DNA from: Octopus sinensis | Lineage: Eukaryota | Length of the DNA stretch: 64,000 nt | Direction: 5' to 3' | Assembly (NCBI RefSeq): GCF_006345805.1 | Contig: NC_042998.1 | Location: forward strand, 35,650,001-35,714,000 | In this document: positions 38,420 to 50,400 of the stretch, piece after piece | Position numbering within the stretch: position 1 is the first letter of the stretch | How the letters are laid out: every line of letters starts with the position of its first letter | Notes under the pieces: generated by a model | Database searches by the model: none | Told to the model about the DNA's origin: nothing | Seen by the model: the letters and a program-made list of their open reading frames with translations, nothing else | Position numbers and translations under genes: made by a program

Positions 38420-38630
38420 TATGTTACCATGTTGGACCGCTGAAATCTACAAGTCTTTTTCATTCTCTGTTTATTTTCTCTTATTTCTTTCTGTTGAAGA
38501 GCGTAGGCTCGAAACATAAAAGACTTTTCCATTTTTCCCAAGTATCAAACTAATACACTTACTTGTTATTCATACACTTGTAATCGTCTTTTGTTTTCCT
38601 ATAAATTTCAACCACATTTATATATATATA
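38420..38630 (+). mobile_element. Penelope-like terminal-repeat fragment embedded in (TA)n
   Basis: Contains tcttt-CTGTTGA-A-GAG-cgtagg-CTC-GAAACATA-aaaga, a minimal hammerhead-like layout; (TA)n on both sides. Confidence 0.55.
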
Positions 38631-40097
38631 TATATAGCAAATAAGAAAATGGAGAGGATACAAAAACTACATCAGCCAGTAGACATACTAGAATGTCTAC
38701 TGGCTGATGTATGTCGTTTTTGTATCCCCTCCATTTCCTTGTGCCGTATAAATTAAGGGTAAACCACTTTTTACCCCCACCCATATATAACACTCAATTG
38801 CGAGATTGCCACACAATAAGAGACAATGAGCGATGGCTAGAAGAATATTGAGCTTTATTTGATAACCAGCTGATCTAGCAAGCGGGCCCTCATATCAGTG
38901 AGAGGGGGAGGTGCATTGATGCCGTCGAGAGGTAGTCCCCGAAACAGCGCGCATTCTCTCCTGATGACCCCATACACTTGCTGGCTTCCGGTATGCGGAG
39001 TTTTTGACTGGTAGCACTTGCATGTGCAAGTTGTTTGCAAAGACAACACTAGGGAATGAATAACTGGGTACACGACCAGCAGTATATTGGATAGGTACTA
39101 TCCCTTAGTTGGTTGGCTTCCCAACCTCTAACTCTCATGAAAATATATATATATATATATATGTATGTATATGTATATACACATTTATACAAACACATAC
39201 ACAGATACACTGGTTCTGGTGCCATGCAAAAAAAGCAGCCAATACACTCTGCTGTAGAGAGGTTGGCATTAAGAAGAGCATCCAGCTGCAGAAACTGTGC
39301 TGAAGCAGACACTTGACGCTTGGTGCAGATCTTCAGTTTGTCAGCTCTGGTCAAACTGTCCAACCCATGCCTGCATGGGAAGCAAATGTGATGATCAGAT
39401 GCACACACACAAACTTAAGACCAGTTCAAATATGTGTGAGATATTTGAACCTGTAAAGGCTATTCACTGCAGTACCATCATTATCATTTAACGTCCGTTT
39501 TCTATGCTGGCATGGGTTGGATGGTTTGACTGAGGACTGGTAAGCCAGAAGGCTGCACCAAGCTCCAGCCTGATCTGGCAAGAAGTTCCCTCATCCTGCT
39601 GCTAAATCTTCACTTTTAGTAAAATTCTATCAAAGTCCTTTCAAAAGATAGCTGTGTGTTTAAGACTTGTTTCTGCATGGAGCAAAGCAGCTCTGTTATC
39701 TTCTGTCTTTTACTTGTTTCAATCATTAGACTGTGGCCATGCTGGGGCACCGCCTCGAAGAGTTTTAGTCCAACAAATCGTCCCCAGTACTTACAGGTTT
39801 TTTTTAAAGCAAGTTAATTATTCTACCAGTGGTTTTTGCTGAACCGCTAGGTTACAGGGACGTAAACACACCAACACCGGTTATCGAGCGGTGGTGGTGG
39901 AGAGACAGACACAGATACGCACATATATATGTATGACAAGCTTCTTTCGCTTTCCATTCACCAAATCCACTTACAAGGCTTTGGTTGGCCCAAGGTTATA
40001 ACAGAAGACACTCGCCCAAGGTACCACGCAGTGGGACTGAACATGGAACCATGAGATTGGGAAGCAAACTTCTAACCACATGGCTACACCTGTTTAT

Positions 40098-40133
<36 letters not shown>

Positions 40134-40424
40134 GTTTAGCGTCCGTTTTCCATGCTAGCATGGGTTGGACGGTTCTACTGGGGTCTGTGAAGCCAGAAGG
40201 CTTCATCAGGCCCATCAAGACGGTGTTGTTGCTCTCGTTCTCATTGTCTTAAGAGTTCTCTCCCCTTCCTTAGGATTTGGTGTCACTTCCCGAGAAACCG
40301 GATTTTCCCAAGAGCTGGGCAGTCAAGAATCGCCAGCTAGAACAGATGGGAAATAATGAGTAGCCATCCCACATATTCACACGTAACTAACAGCAACAGC
40401 AGCAGAATGTGTCACACAGGCATT

Positions 40425-40815
40425 TTTGTAGTAAAGATTGTTTGCCAACATAACATGGCAGTCCTGGTTTAGGACGAATGTTGCTGTAATTTAGCCCCAG
40501 GAGACATCGTCTCCAGCTGGCTATACGACACGATCCGTGTCCTTATATTTTCGAACAAGGGAATCTAGCACCACCACCCCCCCACTCAACTCAAAACAAT
40601 AACTGTGTATCGCTGAGTGGTGGTTTTGAGCTGAGTGGGGGTGCTAGATTCCCTTGTTCGTGTCGTATAGGCAGCTGGAGACAATGTCTCCTGGGGCTAA
40701 ATTACAGCAACATTCGTCCTAAACCAGGACTGCCATGTTATGTTGGCAAACGATCTTTACTACAAAGTACTGTTGCTGAATATCTCACGTTGTGAGATTT
40801 AAAAATAGTAATTTT
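40425..40815. mobile_element. Foldback element, copy 2, with a nested inner inverted repeat
   Basis: Same arms and extension as copy 1; inner inverted repeat cgaacaagggaatctagcacc...ggtgctagattcccttgttcg. Confidence 0.88.
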
Positions 40816-41772
40816 CTAACAGGCACTTTTGTATGTATCTAAATGTCTGCATATGTTAGATATACACATTACATTATTTCTAGCATGTTAACTGACACAT
40901 ACAGTCGAGTGTAGACTTTCAGAAGAGCTGTCACAGTCATTCCGAAAGTGTTTCAGAATATGGAATACTACAAAATAACGAAACAAAAAAAAAAGTATGA
41001 TAAACGTGAAGAGGGCAGTTTTCTTTAAATGAATTACAAGCGTTTCAGAACGTGGAATCGGTATACTTCCATAATTGTGCCTCCTTCACTTTGTTTCCTC
41101 ATAACATCCAGAAAAATGAAAAATTTTTTTTCATATCATGTTCTGCAAATACGATTCAGATGGTGTAGATTCCGATTATACCGGAATTTGTTGTGGAAAA
41201 CTTTTCCGTAGAAAGAGAGAAGTATTTCGGGAAATTCATGAGCTTTGTTTTCTCATAACTGTCCGAAAATGGGGATTTTGCTATAAAATGTTCCTCTACA
41301 AAATACTTTTCTGATTGTGTGGATTATGATTATATCGGAATATAAGGTAAAAAGAATTGGGGGGTTTGCGCAAATGCATACTGACACGTAATGCACAAAG
41401 TGAAACTGGATATTTCGTAAAAAAATTGCCATGTGTCAATATGTACCAAATTCCGATATAATCGCAATCTACAGTCTGAAAGATATTTTGTGGAAAATTT
41501 AACGAAAAAAACCAATATGGTTAATGTTCAAGATGTAAACATTAACCAAAAACATAATTTTTTCTGAAAGTTATGAGGAAACAAAATTGATTCGTGTGAA
41601 TTTTACTAAACTCCTCTCTCCACCCGCCAGAAAAACTTTCCCAGCAACAAATTCCGACATAATCGGGGTTTATACCATCTGAAGCATATTTGTTATATAT
41701 CTCATTAAAGATATTCGTTTTTCTGAATGTTATGAGGAAACAAAGTTGGAGGGGTGTGTGGGTATGCTTGTA

Positions 41773-41899
41773 CAGGGTGTCCACAAAGTCTGGGTACATG
41801 GGGATTAACAAATACTTTAAGAAATTATTATTTCTTATATTTAATTGTTTATGTTATGATTTTATTTACTCCATGTACCCAAACTTTGTGGACACTCTG
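41773..41899. mobile_element. Tc1/mariner-type MITE (127 bp)
   Basis: ~29-bp TIR cagggtgtccacaaagtctgggtacatgg; TA on both sides. Confidence 0.9.
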
Positions 41900-42172
41900 T
41901 AGAATACTATAGAATGAGGGAAAATAAGGGAAACGATTACAAAATCTTAGTTGGGGTACATACTGCAAAGGTATGACTGGGAAGGAGAAAGGGCCGAGAC
42001 ATTTGGAAAACATTTGTCCCATAAAAGAGAATTTTTACCAATGTTTTGCAATGAGGGAATAAAATAAATAACTTAATTGGAACACGTGTTTTCCCGAAAC
42101 CTAAAATAATGCTTAGGATATATCATTGTCGTTAATAACATTTCAATATAAACACTTTCGTTTGAACCTCAC

Positions 42173-42271
42173 CTTACGCATATTTATATACGGTTCTGAT
42201 TGCTTTATATTCTCTCTGGAACGTTTTCGTTTAGTTTTCGAATTAATTTTAGCCGAAGACGAAGAATTCAT
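42173..42271 (-). CDS. SPOUT1: SPOUT1 coding exon 1 (MNSSSSAKINSKTKRKRSRENIKQSEPYINMRK)
   Basis: ATG at 42271; basic N-terminus; donor AAG|GTGAGG; phase 0 matches exon 2. An upstream in-frame ATG at 42385 cannot be excluded. Confidence 0.75.
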
Positions 42272-42407
42272 ACTTGCCGCAACCGGTGCAACTGGAAGAC
42301 AAGACCCTTTCAAAATAAATTCCGGTTTAATTATGTTTATCTTAAGAACGGCATCGGATATACACACGCTGGAAATGATAAACAAATTTAATAATGTACA
42401 GTCATCA

Positions 42408-42736
42408 GGTACTATTTATGAAGAGTGGTCCCGGTGCGCGCACTCGCGTAGTCACGCATCCGCGTTAGCTAGTTGTGACTAGTCGATCCTTACGTTGTGT
42501 TTTTGTGTTTTATTTACTTTGTTTAAAACTCTTTAGTTACCTAGAAATTATGTTACAAAGTGCCGTTCAAAAGGAAAAGATCCAAATATTATTTATTTTG
42601 TGTAAAAAAATTATTTATTTTGTATTTTATTTACTTTGCTAGGTAGTCGTTGCAGGATCGACTAGTCACGACTAGCTAGCGCGGATGCGCGAGTACGCGA
42701 GTGCGCGCACCGGGACCACTCTTCTTAAGTAGTACC
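42408..42736. mobile_element. Mutator-like MITE with 83-bp CpG-rich TIRs
   Basis: TIRs 42408-42490 and 42654-42736 (6 mismatches), GG...CC termini, 9-bp TSD cagtcatca/caatcatca. Confidence 0.85.
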
Positions 42737-43177
42737 CAATCATCATATGAAGGAATCATTTTTCATGTAGTTTAAAGCAACTGTAATAATTAAAACAAAA
42801 ATTATACATCCTCTCAGATGTGTGTGTGTGAGAGACAGCATGCGCGTGTTTGTGTCTGATCACGAGTAACTCGGTGAGATTCTCTCTTATGGAAAGGCTA
42901 AAGAAATTGCTTGGTATTAATTCATATCAACAACAAATTATGAGAAACAAGGACTCTTCAAAACCGGCGACCGTCTGATTGTCTGGAGACAAAAGGACAT
43001 CTGCAGATACTGGTTTCGGTAAACCTACAAAAGTGAGCACACCTCTCCCATCCACATCGTTTCCTTATAACTTCCAGATGAACGGATATTTTAAAATAAA
43101 TTATCTACAAATAAGCTTCAGATCCTGTAGATTCCAATTTTTATTGCCTTCACAGTGTTTACCATTTTATAAAATTA

Positions 43178-43321
43178 GGTGATCTTTCGGTACAAGTACC
43201 ATAACTGCCAATTACTGTTTGTTTACATTTGAAGACGAAGATCGTCATTTTCCGTAACGTTTTATTTAATATATGAGGGGTTAGGGTTAGGCAGTTATGG
43301 TACTTGTACCGAAAGATCGCC
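43178..43321. mobile_element. Small MITE with 32-bp TIRs and internal TTAGGG repeats
   Basis: ggtgatctttcggtacaagtaccataactgcc and its reverse complement (1 mismatch); flanking direct repeat aaaatta. Confidence 0.75.
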
Positions 43322-43439
43322 CAAAATTAAATTAGAAAATTGGACAAAACAGAGGACACAATTGAAAAACAAAATTAAAAACAAAAAAAAAAGAAGAAAA
43401 AAAAATTCACCACCTTAGGTTGAAAAGTTGGAGGCACTG

Positions 43440-43930
43440 GGAAACCTCTCTAACGGCTATTGAGGCACGCCAGCACGCTTGCAGCGTTGCCGTGGGTGAT
43501 GGCGAGGTTGATGCGCTGGAATAGCCAAGCAGCCTCACCAGTTACCTCTGCTAGGCGAGTTCTCAGTGAAGACAGGAATCTCGCAGTTAATGATCCGACC
43601 CCACCAAACGTCTTGAAAGTCACAGGATGGAAAATGTAGTTGGCCAACGGATCGCGGTATTTCAGGATTTTGTTCCACTTGGGCCATGGAAGTTGTGCAT
43701 CTTGCCCTGACCGCAGCATCCAGGATGTGAGAAGAAGCAAAGGAGTCGCTAACTGTGATATCCCAAACAAGGCATCTACCTCACGACCAGGGGCACAGGG
43801 TGAGGCCGTCAGGTCTTTTCCTATCACATCTGGACAATCCAGATGGTCCCAAGATGGAAGAGATGTTTTGCCCGGGCCAAGCTCCTCTTGAGTATAAGGT
43901 TCAACTCCGTATGACACGCGAAGCAACCAT
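43440..43930 (-). mobile_element. CRE-like non-LTR retrotransposon relic, restriction-like endonuclease C-terminus
   Basis: KRPDGLTLCPW..G..LVWDITV (alternate frame) and F.P...TFG...FL..L......WLFQRI.LAI..GNAASVL. Confidence 0.75.
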
Positions 43931-46389
43931 CATTCAGGCGGCAAGAAAGACCATAGAGGCCTGTGGAATCGAATCGGAATTTGTTATGAAAATAAATTTT
44001 TTCCATGGCTGGGAACAACTGTTTCGAGAAATTCACTCGAATCGACTCTTTACTCTTTTACTCTTTTACTTGTTTCAGTCATTTGACTGCGGCCATGCTG
44101 GAGCACTGCCTTTGGTCGAGCAAATCAGCCCTGGGACTTATTCTTTGTAAGCCCAGTACTTATTCTATTGGTCTCTTTTGCCGAACCGCTAAGTGACGGA
44201 GACGTAAACACACCAGCACCGGTTGTCAAGCAATGCTAGGGGGACAAACACAGACACACAAACATATACACACACATACATATATATATATACATATATA
44301 CGACAGGCTTCTTTCAGTTTCCGTCTACCAAATCCACTCACAAGGCATTGGTCAGCCCGGGGCTATAGCAGAAGACACTTGCCCAAGATGCCACGCAGTG
44401 GGACTGAACCCGCAACCATGTGGTTGGTTAGCAAGCTACTTACCACACAGCCACTCCTTTGTTTCAGAAAAATTTATACTTTTGTATGAATTTTTTTACA
44501 AATACCTTTCAGAGTGTGTAGATTACGATTATATCAGAATTTAAGGTGAAAAAAGCAAATTGATGTACTCGTGCACATACATACTGGCACACATAACACA
44601 TCAATTAAATGAAACTTGAAATTACAGTTAAAATTATGAGTTGTCAGTATGTATATGTGCGAACTCATCAGCATCATCTGTACGTGGCCGATGCCAGTGC
44701 CACCTTGACTGGCTTCCGTGCTGGTGGCACATAAAAAGCACCAACTGATCATGGCCATTGCCAGCTTACCCTGGCACCTGTGCTGGTGGTACCTAAAAAA
44801 GCACCATCCATACATGGCCAATGCCAGCACCGAAAAGCACCAAGCGATCGTGGCCGTTGCCAGCCTCCTCTGGTACCAGTGCCAGTGACACGTAAAAAGC
44901 ACCCATTACACTCACGGAGTGGTTGGCGTTAGGAAGGGCATCCAGCTGTAGAAACTCTGCCTGATCAGACTGGAGCCTGGTGCAGCCTCCTGGCTTCCCA
45001 GACCCCAGTTGAACCGTCCAACCCATGCTAGCATGGAAAACGGACGTTAAATGATGATGATCATCATCACCATCATATTCCGATACAATCAAAATCTAAA
45101 CATTCTGAAAGATATGTGTAGAGAACTTCATTTAAAAAATACCCATTGTCTGAAAGTTATGAGGAAACAAAGTCAATTGGTATGAATCGTTTTGAAACTC
45201 CACACACACACACCAGAAATTTTTTTCACAATAAACTCCGATATAATCAGAATGCACCCTCTCAGAAATGTGTTTGTAAAGAATTCCTTTTTTAAAAATC
45301 CATTTATCTGGAAACAAAACCAGTATTTATTACTCTTTACTCTTTTACATGTTTCAGTCATTTGACTGCGGCCATGCTGGAGCACCGCCTTTAGTTGAGC
45401 AAATCGACCCCGGGACTTATTCTTTGTAAGCCCAGTACTTATTCTATCGGTCTCTTTTGCCGAACCGCTAAGTGACGGGGACGTAAACACACCAGCATCG
45501 GTTGTCAAGCAATGTTAGGGGGCCAAACACAGACACACAAACACATACACATACATATATATACATATATACAACAGGTTTCTTTCAGTTTCCGTCTACC
45601 AAATCCACTCACAAGGCATTGGTCGGTCCGGGGCTATAGCAGAAGACACTTGCCCAAGATGCCAGGCAGTGGGACTGAACCCGGAACCATGTGGTTGGTT
45701 AGCAAGCTACTTACCACACAGCCACTCCTGCGCCTATTGTCAATAAATAAAAATAAAATGACTTCGAAATATATATATAAAAAAAAAAAAAACTAGCGAT
45801 AACTACATGATAATTGACTTGGCACTTTCTCACCCAAATCAGTTCCTTTGAAAAGATTTGAACAACACAAACATAAATTTTGCTGTTAAAAGATTTTTTT
45901 TTGTTGTTTTTTTTGTAATGCATTAATTTATTTCTGTCAGCTCAATTTTGTTTAATATGTCATATCAGTATTTTGTAGAAAACATCAAAGACCTCCTGAT
46001 TGCAAATGTATTTGGCACAATTACCAATTCGTTTGTACGTTTATTTCACGTCTATTTTTATTCCGCTGTTGTGAGTTCGATGGAGACTTATTCAGGAGAA
46101 AAAGTCTGCAACAGGATGTCCTTCCCTGTTTTTCAGCTACGGGACTCTTTTTTTTTTTTATTCCCCTGGTCTTTGACAGCAGATTTATTTAGGCAGCATG
46201 CTTATTGGAATGAGACAAACTAACTAGAAAGCTGGTATGGGGTTGCTTGACCTGCTAGAAATAACAGCTATATACCCCCAAATCAAATACTGCAGTCTCA
46301 AAAAGAGAAGACATAATGGACAATGTAGACAGATAACTAAAACCAAGCTGGGTGGTCATGGTTAGAATACTGTTTGACTGAAAAGTTGA

Positions 46390-46885
46390 AGAAGCATCGG
46401 GTGTGGTGCGCAAGAGGGATGATTGCGCTGGTATGGTCATGTGTTGCATATAGATGAGGACAGCTGTGTGAAAAAGTGTCACACCCTAACAGTGGAGGGT
46501 ACATGTGGAAGAGGTAGACTCAGGAAGACCTGGGATGAGGTGGTGAAGCATGACCTTCAAACAGTGAGCCTCACAGAGGCAATGACAAGCGACCGAGACC
46601 TTTGCAGATATGCTGTGCTTGAGAAGAACTGTTGAGTCAAGTGAAGTCATTGTCATAGTCAATGCCAGTACCGCCTGACTGGCACGTGTGTTGGTGACAT
46701 GTAAAAAGCACCTGCAATACTTTTGGAGTGGTTGGCATTAGGAAGGACATCCAGCTGTAGAAACCTTACCAAATCAGATTAGAGTCTGGTGCAGCCTCCT
46801 GGCTTGCCAGTCCTCAGTCAAACCATCCAACCCATGCCAGCGTGGAAAGCAGATGTTAAATGACGACGATGATGATGATGATGAA
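46390..46885 (+). mobile_element. 5'-truncated RTE-clade LINE: ORF2 C-terminus plus 3'UTR and (GAT)n tail
   Basis: LRWYGHV..MDEDS.VKKC...VEGTCGRGR.RKTWDEVVKHDL runs directly into the (GAT)n-tailed sequence, showing that this family is an RTE 3' end. Confidence 0.9.
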
Positions 46886-47629
46886 TGAGTAACAGGTTTG
46901 CTCCATCAGAGCAGACCTGGGGCTAAACACAAAAGGTAGGTAGTTTTGAGGGAGGGATTAAGTCAATTACACTGACCCCTACTGCTTAACTGGTTCTTAT
47001 TTTATTGACCCTGAAAGGATGAAGGCAAAGATGACCTCAGCAGAATTTGAACTCAGAACGTAAGAAATGCCATGAAGCATTTTGTCTGGCGTGCAAACGA
47101 TTCTGCCAGCTCACAGCCTTTACAATAAAGAAATATTGGGGAGACAAATAAGAGGGCACCAGTGGAAAACCCTAAAAGTATTTAATTTCAGATTTCTGTG
47201 TTCTGAATTTTAGTTCCACCATATACGCTTGAGTTTTTTTTTATGATTCTATGAAAAATAAAATAACTGAGACGGATTTCATAAAAAAAAAATACCACCA
47301 CTCAACCAATTTGTGGCCTTGTATCAAGTAACACTCCATTGTTGCTATTATTTAGGTGAAGAACATCCTAGCATGGCCAACTTTACCTCTCATCCTTTCT
47401 AAAGTACAGTCAGGTGCTAAGGTCCAGTTTGATGGATTGTCTCCCTTTCACTGTGTTTCTGGCCTTGTGCTATGTTGGAAATGATTCAGTTGTGACCAGG
47501 AGTGGATTTATGGGGAGGGGCAAGTAATTGCACTTCTCTTACCCCCACTTCCCCCTGCTAAATATTGGGGGGGCCCCACTTCCCAGTAGTCTGGCATGAA
47601 GAGGCTATCTTTCAAAATACAATGGTATC

Positions 47630-50400
47630 TTGACATAATGGATTCTCTTTAGTGAGAATTCAATAATTACCCAGACAGTTATTGAAGTTTTCACTGGTAC
47701 ATTCTACCAGTATTCCTTTTTATTATGGAGTGGCTATGGCTTCTACCATATTGTGGGTTTTTATTTCTTTGTTCTCGGGATTATCCTTCGGACGGATTTC
47801 ATTATAGAGCATCCTAGTTACAACATCATGTCTCATCAGTAGATAATACCGTGATGACACTTTTGGACAATCGCTTATGATGTGGGTGATATCTTCAGTG
47901 TGAACTCCACAAAGTCTGCATCGGTTGTCACACTTTACAGCTTTACCTGCATCTCTGTCCCTTTTGTGCATCAGGTACTTGGTTGATATTTCCTGTTCCT
48001 GGATTGCAAATGCGTACCCTTCAAAATGGGAGGTAGTAATCTAGCTATTCGTCCATGATAAACTGCTTTGATGATCAATGTTACTATCATTACAGAGCTT
48101 TCTACTAACATATTCACACATAGTCTTCTGCTCATATTGTCACATCCTTTCATCTGATGATATGTTGTGGTAGAGTCATGCAACTTCTTTGGGAATGTAT
48201 TCTAGGTTATCAGACAAGGAATGTTGCTCAGGGAGCTGCCTTCCAAGTCTTATGATGTTATCAGACTCGTGTACACAAACTTGGTCAAGGGATGCACTTC
48301 GACACTTGGTGGTTAAAAGATGTTGCTGAAGGGATATGATGCGACCTTCAAAGGCATTTTGGTTCGATGTTAAGCCTCTGCCGCCTTGTTTTCGTTTTAG
48401 GTAGAGGCAGTCTACGTCACTGTTGATGTGGAAATTATGTGAGTTTGTTAGTATTTTTCAGGTTTTCACCTCAATGGCTCGGATCTCATCAAGCAGCCCA
48501 AATATTGTTATGAGTACTGGCACTGCAAATACATTGTGGGCCACTGTTTTATTGAATGCAGAGAGTTCTGAGGGCCAAATTTTCTTTATTAGGCTGTAAT
48601 ATTCTTTAGTGCCACGTGTTTTGTTACAGGTGCCATTGTAAGATATATTTTCATCCACCCCAAGATACCTGTAACATTCCTCGTCAGATACAGGAGAAAC
48701 AGTAAATCATTAATGGAAATGTTACTAGTCTGGTTTATAGTTTTCCCCCATTTCACAACCGTATAACAGCATTTATCCTGACCAAACTTCAACCCTACAT
48801 CCTTTAAGAAGGTTGTAACTAGGTCAAAGCTCTTTTTCCTCTCATGCATATTCTTTGCATAAAGTCTTAAGTCATCCTAAAGAAACAGTGTGTAATTTTG
48901 GTATTTCCGTTTCCTTGTGAACCAGTGAGATATCCTTCTGACTTCCTTAACATGAATGACAAGGGGTTTACAGAAAATATAAACAACATCACAGGGCAGT
49001 TGTCTCCTTGGAATATACCTTTCCGATATTGTATTCTATTGGTGATAATACAGTCACACTTTGTATTTAATTTCAAGATGGTGGCACACGATGAAGTCAA
49101 GTTGGCTATGGCTTTGACTATTCTCACTGGAACTTTAACAAGTTGAAGGGCTTCTAACATCCATGAGTGGGGGGAACAGAGTCAAAGGCTTTCTTGTAAT
49201 CTAGCCACATTGAAACTAGGTTCCTCCTATGCTTCTGACATCACAATTCTGTTAACAATAGCTTGGCACATCCCAAGACTCCCTTCTTCCCAGCTGCTGT
49301 GATAATGTTATTGGTTTCACAATGGCCCTGGAGGAAGAGGTCTAAACATGCTGTATATATCTTATACATGCAATTGGTTGGTAATTTATTGTTATGTGGG
49401 CGGTTCTGCAGTTAAGGATCAATTTTGTCTCTGCCAAAGCTAACCAGTGGGATATTCTACTGTTCCCAATGAAAGCTTGCTGGTACAGATTGATACATGC
49501 TGTATATATCTTATACATGCAATTGGTTGGTAATTTATTGTTATGTGGGCGGTTCTGCAGTTAAGGATCAATTTTGTCTCTGCCAAAGCTAACCAGTGGG
49601 ATATTCTACTGTTCCCAATGAAAGCTTGCTGGTACAGATTGATAAGATATGGTCGGTAGAATGTCAGCTTCTTGTACCAATATCCAACAATCAAGTTTCT
49701 TCCAGGTACTTTTCCATTTTGGAGTTTCTGGATCACAGTTACAAGAGTTTCACCATCAGTGTTGTATGTCTTGGATGTAACATAGGAGCAATAACTTTTT
49801 CGGATTTCTTCCAGCCACAGAGCATCTTGGTTAAATTCCTTCTCTTCACTCCAGATTTTCCTCCAGAAGGAGTCTATGTCTTCTCGTGAAGGAGCTTCTG
49901 TGATTTTTACTGCTCCTCCTCTCATGTCTCTGTATTCTTCTGTCTAGGTGCAGTTAATTTTTTTGTTTATTGTTCTTCTCTCGGTTATTCTCTTCTGATG
50001 TCAGAGTTTTTCACTGACAGCTTTTAACTCCTGCTTGAGGGTAATCAGTTTGCAAGCAAGTGTCCTCTTTTTGCTGTCTCCAAATCTCATTTCTATCTCC
50101 TTCTTTACTTTCTGTTGGTGGGACTTATATTGATTTGCTTGTTTGCATGCAATAAGCATCATTACATGACTTATGGTCTTCCGTAAACCAGTTTTCTTCT
50201 TCTCTGTCTTCAAATCCCATGATGGTACTTTCTTTGTTGTTTCGGTCTTGTTTACCTTTTGAATATTATTCATGTCCTGCTTTGCAGTAGTCACCAGACC
50301 ACATAGACAGGTGTTAATCTGCCAGAATGTGGGTTCATTACATTGTTGTAAATACTCATCACCAATTTCATTAACAGCTTTTAATACCATACCTAGTGGA
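47630..50400 (-). mobile_element. Degenerate R4/Dong-like non-LTR retrotransposon (RT plus CCHC zinc knuckle)
   Basis: FWRKIWSEEKEFN, YWYKKLT, KGIFQGD, DVGLKFGQDKC, CRLCG...EDITHIISDC...RHD; many stops and frameshifts. Confidence 0.85.

Noticed and set aside
42900-43040. Divergent plus-strand first exon (donor AA|GTGAGC at 43033)
   Set aside because: There is no open frame from an ATG and no downstream plus-strand coding exons were recognised in 43-64 kb.
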